DNA from: Octopus vulgaris
Lineage: Eukaryota
Reading direction: 5' to 3'
DNA length: 64,000 nt
Assembly (NCBI GenBank): GCA_951406725.2
Contig: OX597823.1
Location: forward strand, 13,888,001 to 13,952,000
The notes under the pieces are model-generated. The model did no database searches. It was not told the DNA's origin and saw nothing but the letters and a program-made list of their open reading frames with translations. The position numbers were made by a program, and so were the translations under genes. Below are positions 27,054-41,180 of this stretch, piece by piece (position 1 is the stretch's first letter; each line of letters opens with the position of its first letter).

Positions 27054-27654
27054 ATTAATATAGAAGAGAAAAGTTGGGATTGGAGTGTTTCGTTTATAAT
27101 TCAACATAGCATGTGACGAAGAAGAATGTAAACCAAAATAGAATAAGTAGGTTCAAAGGGAGGTGAGAGGGATGAACAAGACACATTAATTTAAGTGAAA
27201 TACTAATGAATCAAGGAAGATTTGTGCAAAGCTTTAAACATATTCTCTGTTTAACTGAAATAATTTCATTAATTTCTTAAACAAACTTTACAAAGAAAAA
27301 TATGTATTGAATATTTTAATATTTTAGAAGATGCTGTTTAAATTGCAATGTAATTCTATTTCCATTGCGATCATGGAATGGATTTTTTTACAACAAGACG
27401 AACATTCCGCAATGTCAGCGAATGTATTCTTTATTATTTCTTATATTTTGAGGCACGCAACTGAAACATCATCAAATCATAATGTGTAGGTGTAATGTAA
27501 TATTCTTAAATTATTATTTAGTTTCTTATACATCGAAGCATGAATTTCGTTCAAGCATGTGGCAAACTGACACGTTGTTGTCAAGCCTCAAGAAGGGTGA
27601 AACGCGTCTAATCTTCTCATGAGTCACTGCTACGATAATCGTTTCACTTGGATA

Positions 27655-27830
27655 GTTAGAGTGGCCTAGTGGGCTGAAACAGAGACCTGAGAACAAAAGA
27701 GCGACCCAGGTTCAAATCCTGCTGAGACAGTATTTTGGAAGGCAGCAAAGGACACCTAGGAGTCACAACCAGGGTGGATCCAGCTCCTGTAGAGCTTCAG
27801 ATATAAGGGCCGCAACACTTAACGGATGGG
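27655..27830 (+). mobile_element. tRNA-related SINE-like sequence
   Basis: A-box tggcctagtgg and B-box ggttcaaatcc at tRNA-like spacing. Confidence 0.45.
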
Positions 27831-27889
27831 AATTCTTCCTCTGAAGATTTCTCCTGCAGCAAGTTTCTGTTACTGTATATATATATATA

Positions 27890-28065
27890 TAAACTTAATC
27901 CAAACAAGAAAACACAAAAAGCAAAAAAACACAACGCGAGGACGTGGAACAAATAAAGTATTATTGGACGCTCAGGAAAGAAGGGAAGAAGGAGGGTTTA
28001 ACGTTTCGAGCGGAGCTCTTCGTCGGAAACATAGGAGAAGGAAAGATCCCGAGAAGGGAAGACAG
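27890..28065 (-). mobile_element. Short HHR-containing repeat (family P, PLE-pLTR-like)
   Basis: gttt CCGACGA a gagc-tcc-gctc GAAACGTT aaac at 28030-27996. Homologues at 36180 and 53605. Flanked by (TA)n. Confidence 0.8.
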
Positions 28066-28140
28066 ATATATATATATACATATGTATGTATATATGTATG
28101 TATATATATATATATGTGTGTGTATATATATACATGTATA

Positions 28141-28184
<44 letters not shown>

Positions 28185-28190
28185 TGTATG

Positions 28191-28291
<101 letters not shown>

Positions 28292-28311
28292 ATATATATA
28301 TGTATATATAT

Positions 28312-28850
28312 ATCTGTTGGATGCACAAGCACATATGTCAGACTATGTACTACACAGAACTGATCGCAGAATAGGCAAACACGGAGGAGTAGCACTCTAC
28401 ATCCGTGAAGACAAATGTCCTCCTCTCCCACTCGAACACATTGTGCGATACACTAATAGTGCATGCGACCGACCTCAATGTGATCATAGGCATTACTTGC
28501 CTCTTTCCTGATGCGGCTAATCACGGACATCACTTCAGAGACGCTTTATCACTCATAACTCAAACCCTAAGTGCTTTCAGTCCACAGGTCAATATACATT
28601 TAACAGGGGACATCAGTTTTTCTAATTTCAAATGGCCTGGGTGCTACATCCAATCTGGAACTACAAAACTAAGCAGGAGAGATGTGAATGCTCTTCTCGA
28701 CATCACGAAAGCCTTTCTCATGAAACACATCATCACCTTTCCAACAAGGGGAACAAACATATTTGACATAGCCATTACGACTAATACAGACTTTATTCGC
28801 AGTGTTCAGATCATTCCAATAGATATTTGTGACAATAGCTATTTTCACTC
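28312..28850 (+). pseudogene. CR1-group LINE ORF2 AP-endonuclease fragment, frameshifted
   Basis: [22 protein letters not shown]...HLTGDISFSNFKW...ITFPTRGTNIFDIAIT match APE motifs. Confidence 0.85.
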
Positions 28851-29259
28851 ATGCTGCACCTTGTAAGTTTACATAAAAGTATAAACTGCTTACACAAAAA
28901 GCCCCTCTTAACATTTTCTCATCATTGTCAAAGACTCTATTTCTTAACATATTCTTATCATTATCAAAGTCTGTGTAACTGTATTTTAAGACAATTATGA
29001 TAACCATTTTTTAACACAACAAAGGCTACACAAAGCCTTACATTTTACTTTTGAAAACCGTTTTTTTTTTAAAGAATGAAACCGGTCAAGTCAATAAACA
29101 TCTTTAAAAGACCTCTACATTTTCAAATCCTCTTTCCTCTGTGTTTGTGTGTGTGTGTGTCCGTGTCCTGAAAACTCCACACAGCCTTGGCTTTGTTATC
29201 TCATTTTATTTAACACACACACACACACACACACACATACACACACACACATACACACT

Positions 29260-30706
<1,447 letters not shown>

Positions 30707-30927
30707 CAATGAGTGGATGAGTGAAAGAGAGATCTTACATAATTCTTATAGGTTTTATATTCTTGACTAATGCCACCACCACCACCACTGCCTCTACCAT
30801 CCCACCACCTTCACGACCACCGTTCTTACAGCCTCATCTCTGCTACCATAACAACCGCCATCAGCAGTACCATGATAATAGCCACAAAATCATGACTGTC
30901 ATGACAGGTATCATCTTTCCCATCATC

Positions 30928-30962
<35 letters not shown>

Positions 30963-31247
30963 TATCATCATCATCAACATAACTTTCGTCACCATTTTCA
31001 CCAGTAATACCCGCTCGCCTGAACAACCACCCCAACCTCATCGTTATCATCATCTTCATCATCATAATCATCATCACTCCCGTCACCATCATTATCACCA
31101 GCATCAACACCAAACCATCACTACGGTTCTCTTTCTCACTTTCTCTCTTTCTCCCCTCTTCTTCCCCTTTTCTTCCACCCCCTTCATTATCATTATCCCC
31201 ATTTTCATCAGTATCACCATCTACTCCAACCCTCCATTATCCACACT

Positions 31248-31850
31248 AGTGGCTGCGTGGTAAGACGTTTTGTTCCCAATCACATGGGTCTGGGTTCAGT
31301 CGCACCGCATGGCATCTTGTAGCATAACGCTGATTTGACCGAAGCTTTGCGACTTGATTTAGTAGAAGGAAACGGAAAGAAGCCCGTCGTATATGTGTGC
31401 ATATATGGGTGAGTAAGAGAAAGAGGGGGAGAGAGAAAGAGAGATGGAGGGAGAAGAGGATGGAAATACAGGAAAAAGTATGTGTGCGTGTGTGAGGGAA
31501 AGAGAGTGTGTGCGTGTATGCGCACGCATATGTGTGTGCGTGTGTGTTTGTGAGTGTGTGTATGTGTGTGTGTGTGTCTGTGGGTGTGTGTATGTGTGTG
31601 TGTCTCTGCGTTCGTGCTTTTCCTCTACTACCGCTTGACAACTGGAGTTGGTTTATTTACGTCCAAGTAACTTGGCTGTCCGGCAAAAGAGACCGATAGA
31701 GTAAGTACAATGCTTAAGATAATAAAGATAAGAAGTGGAGACGATTCGTTTGACTAAAACCCTTCAAAGTGGAGCCCCAGCATGGCCTCAGTTCGATGAG
31801 TGCGACCCAGCATGGCCGCAGTCCAAATGGCAGAAACAAGAAAAAAGATG
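31248..31850 (+). mobile_element. Old SINE family A copy with an expanded internal microsatellite
   Basis: Head gtggctgcgtggtaag and tail cagcatggccgcagtccaaatggcagaaac. Confidence 0.75.
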
Positions 31851-32892
31851 AAAGATGGTTTCAAGATTACTACCGCAACCACCGCCTACGCCACCACTAC
31901 CACTGCGACAACCACCACCGCCACATCACCCCATTATCATATATCACCATAACTGACATCACCACCACCACCACCACCACCACCCACAACGTTAATATTG
32001 ACAGTATAGTCACTTGTCTCAATGGAGGCGGCGGCGGCGGCGGCGGTGGTGGTGGTGATGGTGGTTTTGGTGGTGGTGGTGGTGGTGGTTTTGGTGGTGG
32101 TGGTGGTTTTTAGTGGTGGTGGTGGTGGTGGTGGTGGTGGTGGTGGTGGTGGTGGTGGTGGTGGTGGTGGTGGTGGTGGTGGTGGTGGTGGTTAGTGGTG
32201 GTGGTGGTGGTGGTGGTGGTGGTGGTGGTGGAGGAGGAGGAGGAGGTGGTGGTGATGGTGGTGGTTTTGGTGGTGGTGGTGGTGGTGGTGGTTTGGTGGT
32301 GGTGTTGGTGGTGGTGGTGGTGTTGGTGTTGTTGGTGGTGGTGGTGGTGGTGGTGGTGGCGGTGGTGGTGGTGGTGTTGTTGTTGTTGTTGGTGGTGGTG
32401 GTGGCGGCGGCGGTGGTGGTGGTGGTGGTGGTGCTGGTGCTGGTGGTGCTAGTGGCAGTGGTGCACCGTTAAATCATTTTCTTTTGTATTGATTGACACC
32501 AGATTGGATTGCAGGTCTTGTTGTCGGTTGACTGGAAGCCAAGCAGCCAGCCATAAATTAAAGGCAGGAAAAGTAAATATTTCTCCAGCTCATACTGGTC
32601 AGCCGGACAACGTCAGCAAGTTATTTCCACCGGACTGAGCTGTCTTGAGCAACTACTGCCACTGACCAAATCGTTTAATGGAATGCTAGGAGCAAAGTGT
32701 ACAGTAATTGGCCGAAGCCAACGACTCGGCGATCAATCAACGAACGTGGATACCAACGAATGCTTGATGAATAGAGCAAGATAATATAAGCGTTGTATGT
32801 GTGTGTGTGTGTGTGTTGTATGAGTGAGTGCGTGAGTATGTGTATGTGCGCGTATGTTTGTGTGTATGTGTGAGTGCGTGCGTACATGTGCT

Positions 32893-32988
<96 letters not shown>

Positions 32989-33058
32989 ATGTGTATGCGT
33001 ATATATACATATATATAAATATAAATGCACATATATATATATGCATATATGTATATGC

Positions 33059-33101
<43 letters not shown>

Positions 33102-33103
33102 TA

Positions 33104-33142
<39 letters not shown>

Positions 33143-33160
33143 CGCATATATATATATGTA

Positions 33161-33205
<45 letters not shown>

Positions 33206-34189
33206 GTATATATGTATATTACATTGTATTTATATGTATATATATATATTGCACATCTATGCACACACACATACACACACATATTTACATCATACATACA
33301 TACATGTATGTATGTATGTATATATATATATATATATACATATATGCACGCGTGTGTGTGCGCGTTACTATGTGTGTTTGTGTAGGCGCGTGGACTAATT
33401 GTTGAGGCTGTAGATTCACACTAGAAAAGTCGCATGTTCGATTCCCGGTTTGCGCAGTGTGCTATGTCTTTAAGCAAGGCACTTTGTTCCCCACTTCCCT
33501 TTTACTTAAATAAGCCTTTAAAAAATCAGTAACAACAAAAGACAGGTGTATGTCTTTCTGCCCCAAACGAGCATATTCATGAAGTACGTTGGGATCCAGC
33601 TTGGGCGTTGATAGATCGATTATATACCTGTGTCGGCTTGTGGTTACTTAGGGGTCGGCGAACAGGGATAAATTGCGCTAAGTGGCGTAAAAATGAAAGT
33701 TTTGCGGGTAACGACGACTCATTAGATATAAGTAAAATTATATTAAAAGAAAATGTGTTCCTTGTAAGGACAGATTTTTTTTTCTTCTGGCCTGAGGAGG
33801 CAATTAAATGATTGCTACCTTTTGCAACAACCTACTTTTGCAAAAGAAGGGTTTTCCACTCTAATGAACATAGAAACAAAGCAGGGAAATCAATTGGACT
33901 CTGAAAACTGTATCCAAATTGCTCTGGCATCTAAATGCTCCACAGCCGACTGAGTGAAGCAATTAAAAGAAAGAATAACAAAGAAAAAGGAAGACACAGT
34001 TAATGATATCTTTTTTGTTTTTTTTTTGTGGGAAATTTAGCTGCTACTTCCTTCTTGTCACAAAGTGCAAAATTCATTTTGAAGCGTCAATAAACTGATG
34101 CTATTACTATTTAAACTTCCGATTTCTCTTTGACTAAATGGCACATACACACATACATACAAACACACATACACACATTTGTATGTGCA

Positions 34190-34220
<31 letters not shown>

Positions 34221-34708
34221 ATCTATGCGTTTGTGTGCTTGTGTATATCTTACTGCCATCACATCGACTGAGTTTTCTCTTACTACTAAGATATCGGTTT
34301 TGGGCTTCTTTTCAAACTTTACAGGTATGCTGCTTGTTAATTTAATATGTAATTGACTGTGTTTTCCACACATGCTTGGACACTGAACAGCATTTTCTGG
34401 TTGAATCAGCGAGACACAATTTGTGACAAAAATAGTCTTTTGAATTACAGATGCATTCCGGACACATGCAATCCGTAGATGCAATCCGTAGAAGCAATTC
34501 GTAGATGCAATTTTACACACTTTCTGTCTACCCAGTTTCCCTTACAACACTATATACATATATTTCTGCGCACATTCTACACACTACAGTTGCATAATGC
34601 TACCGATCAAATAAAACCTGTGGAGGGAAAGTCAACTCAAACTCAATCTGTATATAACCATTCAATTCAACGCGGCGCATCCATTTCCAAGGAGGTGTAC
34701 ATATATAT

Positions 34709-34962
34709 GTGGAGGCGCGTGGCTTAGTGGTTAGGGTGTCAGCATCATGATCGTAAGATTGTGGTCTCGACCCCTGGACCGGGCGACGCGTTGTGTTCTT
34801 GAGCAAAACACTTCATTTCACGTTGCTCTAGTTCACTCAGCTGGCAAAAATGAGTAACGCTGCGATGGACTGGCGTCCCGTCCAGCTGGGGAATACTTAT
34901 GTCATTGAAACCGGGAAATCGGGCCCATGAGCCTGGCTAGGCTTTAAAAGGGCGCATTTATT
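34709..34962 (+). mobile_element. tRNA-derived CORE-like SINE with the same tail module as 4005
   Basis: tggcttagtggttagg...ttgagcaaaacactt...ctgcgatggactggcgtcccgtccag...gaaaccgggaaa. Confidence 0.85.
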
Positions 34963-35475
34963 TCTTTATTATACATACATATAGGATGAAGGGGCTGGTG
35001 TTAAAATAGGACAAGATAGTGTGTGGAAGGAATTATCCATTGTTAGAGGATAAGTTAAACAAAACTGTCTAAAGAACAGTTTAGAATTATTACTAAATAT
35101 AGATCACAATTAAATGTATGAAAAGCTAAATAAGAAAATGCTTTGGAATATAGATATGATTCCTCATTTGATTATGTGAAAGAGACGCGACTCATTAAAG
35201 CAAAACACAAGAGATGCGATTATCTGAATGCCGTAAGATAAAGTAGACTGAAAAATAAGCGGAGATTTTTAGAAATATGATGAGAAAGACTCAAGAAACT
35301 AATTAAAATGTAACAAGCTAAGTGAAACAAATTAGCATTTGGTCTTTGGAGACTATCGAAAACTAAGATTGAAAGGACATAGAAATTATAGAAGTGAGAT
35401 CAACAGTAAACGTAAGTTAGATGCTGTAGGAGGAAGTTGTCTTTAAATACAAATTGATTATACATACATGCATAG

Positions 35476-35558
<83 letters not shown>

Positions 35559-35709
35559 CTATATAATCAGCCGAAATTGCGAGGATGATCCGGTTCTTGA
35601 CTGAAGATTAGAGGCTTCGAATGACCCGGCCGTTTTTTGTGTCGTCTATTTGAATGTTTTGCGTTCTTGTCCCATTTTGTATTTATATATATATCTTTTA
35701 TACATACAT

Positions 35710-35764
<55 letters not shown>

Positions 35765-36009
35765 TTAATTAATCTTAGGGTAGCAAAAAAAATTATAGAA
35801 AAGTTCTTTGCTACCAGTGGTCTAGCGAGAAGGAAAAATTAGTCAATAGATTGTATATTATTCATAGAAAAATACAGTTTACATTTAAACACATAAGAAA
35901 TTACTATAATAGGACAACTGACACACTAGAAAGAGCAGTTAAACTCCAAACCACTAATAGTTATAATTCTGAAAGGGAATGAAAAATAAAAACATTTACT
36001 CTATCTTTC

Positions 36010-36088
36010 CTGGACTATGCATAGTTTCGGCAATCTTTTGCAAATAAAATTAAATAATTTTAATTTACAACTGGCGATGCCATCTTTC
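36010..36088 (-). ncRNA. Hammerhead remnant (core lost)
   Basis: Reverse strand: ggca...tgcc GAAACTATGCATAGTC, with a 12-nt palindromic stem III and a GUC site. It abuts a short (catctttcacatgtgat) tandem. Confidence 0.5.
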
Positions 36089-36179
36089 ACATGTGATCAT
36101 CTTTCACATGTGATCTCTTTCACATGTGATCACATTCAACATGTGATCTCTTGAGCACCACCAGCAAAAATATTTTTTC

Positions 36180-36330
36180 CTCTGTCTTCCCTTCTTGGGA
36201 TCTTTCCTTCTCCTTGTTTCCGACGAAGAGCTCCGCTCTTTCCTGAGCGTCAATAATACTTTAATTGTTCCACATCCTCGCGTTGCTGTTTTTTTCTTTT
36301 TTTCTGTGTTTTCTTGTTTGGATTAACTTT
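36180..36330 (+). mobile_element. Family P repeat with the HHR partly deleted
   Basis: gtttccgacgaagagctccgctc followed by a deletion of GAAAC. The rest matches the 27890 and 53605 copies. Confidence 0.8.
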
Positions 36331-37291
36331 ATATATATATATATGAAGATATATTTATTGTATGTATAGACATATATATGTATATTATATTTCAAATGCA
36401 CTAATTATCTTGTCTGGTTGCACGTTTCCACACAGATGAGACCGTGTCGAAATAAGAGAGGCTGCCATCGACAAACAGAGAGTGAGGGAATATTCCACTT
36501 TAAACAAGCCTTATTAAACCTCCGTTATGATCTTCTTTTAAAGCCTGTAGTCCGCAGAATGTCTTAAAAGTTGTACAGTGGTGATAAGGATTTAATTTAA
36601 CGTATCGTAGTAGCACATCTCGATTTATCAATATAGAAACGGATTTTTATTCTTATATTAAACATGAGTTATAACAGGTAAATGTATTGCTTACTTGAGG
36701 AATGGTGTCAGAAATAAAATCTTACACGTAATGAAGCTTTCGCTGAAGGCAAAAATCGAGAGGATGTTTATATGTAAGAAACTCTATTCACTGTTGTTAA
36801 CATGAACGCACTTAAACTCAAATATATACTATTCTGTGTATGTGTGTGTGTGTGTGTCTGTTTGTCGTGCCTCCAGTTGATCATGCGCCTGACAAAATGC
36901 AATGGTATTGTCTGATATGGTTTATTTACGACTGGTGTTGGTTTGTTTATGACAACGTAATTAAACCGTTCGCCAAATGAGAGCGATAGAATAAATACTA
37001 CACTTTAGAAAGAAAAAGGGCTGGGATCGAATTCGTTCGACTAAAAATTCTTCAAAGCGGTGCCCCAGCATGGCCGTAGACTCATGGCTGAAACAAATAA
37101 AAGAAAAGGAGGGAAAACAAAATAAACTAAATACGTGCCAACATGAATTGCTGTAGTTTGAGAAACGGAAAGCATTGGTTCAGGAGAAAATCTTTTTCTG
37201 TTAGATGTGGGATATTTAACTGGGATAAAATTTAGAGAATTAATCTTCAAAAAGTCTTTATAAAGTTGTAAAAATTTTAATTAATGATTAC

Positions 37292-38145
37292 AATAATTCC
37301 TCGCCATATCGCGGTTCACCAATCGCGATTTATTACTTAAGCTTACGTCGACTCCACCGTGGTGTTGTTTTACATTTATAATAAAATCAATATCAGGTCA
37401 TACCATAAGTTCCGTCTGAATTTTGAATAAAGAAAACAAGGGATCAAATGTTATATTTAATTGAAATTTAATCATCAATGTACTTTCCCTGATTATCTAT
37501 GACTTCCTTCCATCTATTTACAAGCTTTTTTAATCCCATCAAAGTAAAACTCTTTTGGTTTCAAAGCAAAGAACTCTGAAATGTCAGTTCGACCTCCTCC
37601 TGGCTTGCGAAAGTTATGTCCTTCAAATGGTTCTGTGAACTACGAAACAAATGGTAGTCTGATGGAGCAAGGTCGGGAGAATATGGTGGATGAGGAAATA
37701 TTTCCCAACCAAGCTCTTCGATCTTCGGTCATGTGATCTATGCAGTGTGGAGTCGCGCATTGTGCTGATGAAACATCACTCCTTTTCGATTCACTAAAGC
37801 AGGTCTTGTTTTTTTGTTTTTTTTTTCTTCAAAGCTTGGTTCAAATACTCAAATTACTGAAAGTAGACTTGAGCATTGATTATTGCATTGATTGTTGCAA
37901 AGAAATTTTAATTATATTATTCTGTAAAATGATATTCAATTAGTTTAAATGTACACAAACGCATAGAAATAATTTTTAATTCCATTAGACATTCTAAAAT
38001 ACTATTAAATTTCATTCAATTTTTAAAAAGAGATAAAATCGGACAAAACTAATGGGTTGACCTGATATATACAAATTATAAAAATAATTCTAAATACTGT
38101 TTCTACTTCGTGGATTTTCACCTATCGCGGTTTTTTTTCGAACAT
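37292..38145. mobile_element. Probable Tigger/pogo-like MITE fragment interrupted by a mariner
   Basis: cctcgccatatcgcggttcac... lies left of the mariner and ...ttttcacctatcgcgg lies right of it. Confidence 0.45.
37391..38067 (-). mobile_element. Internally deleted mariner with both TIRs
   Basis: TIRs tatcaggtcataccataagttccgtc / gacaaaactaatgggttgacctgata. Encodes WEIFPHPPYSPDLAPSDYHLFRS on the - strand. Confidence 0.88.
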
Positions 38146-38220
38146 ATGAATATATATATATATATATATATGTATATTTATATATGCATGTATGCATATA
38201 TGTATGTGTGTGTGCGTATA

Positions 38221-38273
<53 letters not shown>

Positions 38274-39230
38274 TACAGATAGATGTATCAATAGATAGAT
38301 ACATACATACGATCACACATAATACATACATACACACACATACATACATACATACATACACACATGTGCATGCACGCATGCATGCATACATACACACACG
38401 TGCATGCACACACATAAACACATGCATACATACATACATATATACACGCACATACATACACACATACACACATACATGCATAGACACACAGATACATATA
38501 TACACACATACATACATGCACACACACACACATACACATACGTACATACACACAATGTTACAGACATCTGCCTTCATTTCATATCACCTGCCATACATAC
38601 GCTAACTTCTTTCTGTTCCTTATTTATATTCCTCGCTTCATCTTTTACCATCTCTCCCACCCTGTACACCTCTTCACTCTCTCTTGCTCCTCCTCCCTCT
38701 TCGACAACAGACCTATCTCCCTCTACTAAGTACACCCCAATACTCCCCTATCTCCTTTCTCTCTCCTTCCTTTTTCATTCTCTCTTTTGTTCCCTCTCTC
38801 TCCCTCTTTCTCTCTCTCTCCTTCCCTCGCCCCTTTTTGGCCTACCACAATATATCTCTTTCCAATTACCATTCACCTCCTACCATAATTATACTTTTCT
38901 ACTCCTACCTCTCTCTCTACTTTCACTTTTAACTTTACTCCCCTATGTTACTCCACCACCACCACCACTATCATTTCTCTCCTGAATCACCACTACCCCC
39001 GTCACCGCCGCCACCTGCACTATTTCTCCACCCTTCTTTTTCTCTTACATCTCACTACTCCTTTGGTCATTCACCCCCACCCCATCCACCCTTATACATC
39101 ATACACATTGCACTCCTTACTCCTTACTTTACATCAGACATTACCACACATATACACACACAGACGTAAAGACATACACAAACACGCACACACCCACACA
39201 AACTCACACACACAAACACATACACATATA

Positions 39231-39391
39231 GGCGCAGGAGTGTCTGTGTGGTAAGTAGCTTGCTTACCAATCACATGGTTCCGGGTTCATTCCCACTGCG
39301 TGGCACCTTGGTCAAGTTTCTTCTACTGTAGCCTCGGGCCGACCAAAGCCTTGTGAGTGGATTTGGTAGACGGAAACTGAAAGAAGCCCGT

Positions 39392-39436
<45 letters not shown>

Positions 39437-39650
39437 GTGTGTGTATGTGTTTGTGTGTTTGTGTTTGTCCCCGCCAACATCGCTTGACAACCGATGGTGG
39501 TGCCTTTACATCCCCGTAACATAGCGGTTCGGGAAAATAGACCAATAGAATAAGTACTAGGCTTACAAAGAATAAATCCTGGGGTCGATTTGCTCGATTA
39601 AAAGTGGTGCTCCAGCATGACCACAATGAAATGACTGAAACAAATAAAAA
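39231..39650 (+). mobile_element. SINE family A, full length
   Basis: ggcgcaggagtgtctgtgtggtaag ... atgactgaaacaaataaaa. Confidence 0.92.
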
Positions 39651-40329
39651 AAAAGACTATACACATATTATGTCTTATTATTACACATATCATCAAAATC
39701 ATCTTAACTACTACACGACTGACGTACTAGAAATGGCAGCTGAAAGCTCCCTCAAAACACAATCTACAATAAAATGTGAAATATTAACTTTCAATGTCCT
39801 GGGCCTCCTGTTCAGGGGAAAGAATCATCGGGATGGTCATGACTGAGATGCATCTGATCATAGATCAGGCCGATCAGGGCTGACCAGAGATTAAACAACA
39901 ACAACAACAAACATGGCTGTCTCTATGTGGTCACACGAATTGCTAAATATAGAAGCAATGTTTTCTTGAAACTTCTCGTAAACAAGATGTGGGACACATT
40001 GTTTGATATTGTCTGAGATGCACTTTGTCTAGTCTGTGTTTAGGGAGACTGGGATTGTCACGTCTGGAAAGTCTTTGGTCAGAGATCAGTTCGACAAGTA
40101 ATACCAAGTGTTAAACAATAACAAGAGCAACAACATTAGCAACAGCAGCAACAACCAAATAAATACTTCATGCGACATGATACTACCTTCCTAAGATCCT
40201 CAACCACCACTTAACACTGCGCCCATACTACCACAGTCACTGGACACACTAAGCTACAACCATCTGCACCAGACACAACTAATGGATACTATAATTCCAT
40301 CACCACCGTACAACAAGAAGATACCACCA

Positions 40330-41180
40330 GCTACTAACTACTCCAGCACCACCCTAGTACCACTAGAGGACACTATTTCGTCACTCACCACGCTAGCACC
40401 ACTGCAGTGCCACGAAAATAGACTGCAAAGACAATAGTCATTTCAGTACCACTGCAGTACCACGAAAATACACTGCAATGATAATAGTCACTCCAGCACC
40501 ACTGCAGTACCACCAGAAGACACCAGGATGCCAATAACCACTGCAGCGCCGCCAGAAGCCACTTCCATGCCACTAATCACTCCAACACCACTGCAGTAAC
40601 AAAACAAGGCACTAGTATGCCACTAACCACTCCAGTACCACTGCAGTGCAATAAAATCACACTTCCGCATCACTAATCAATCCAGCATCACTGCAGTACC
40701 ACTAGAGAACACTACCATGCCACTAACACCTCTAACACTATTTCAGTACCACTAGATGACACTGCAACGTCACTAACCACGCCAGCACCACTGCAGTACC
40801 ACAAAAGACACTTCCGCGCCATAAACCATTCCAGCAGTACCACTAGAAGATGCTATCTCGTCACTAAATAGCCCAGTATCACCACTGAACACTAGCACAC
40901 CAACACTAAATGCTACCACACCACTAGCAAGAGGCACCACCGCCACTCCACGCTACAACATTACTGTCATTGTGCGTATACTGCACCACCATCAATGGTC
41001 ATTGGTACACAGCCACAAAACAGCACTGCACCCTTCCACCCGAGAAATACTTCAGCACCACTAATACACCACTACCACAAATAGACACTACGTTTAGGTA
41101 CCAGCACCTGAAACCACCAGCTCGAGACACCACTGTCATCTCACTGTGCCACCTTCACAGCACACTACAGACAGCACTAC
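40330..41180. repeat. ~50-bp minisatellite (cactaaccactccagcaccactgcagtaccac...) plus unique tail, duplicated at 50460-51320
   Basis: caccactgcagtac recurs, and the block matches 50697-51320. Confidence 0.85.
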
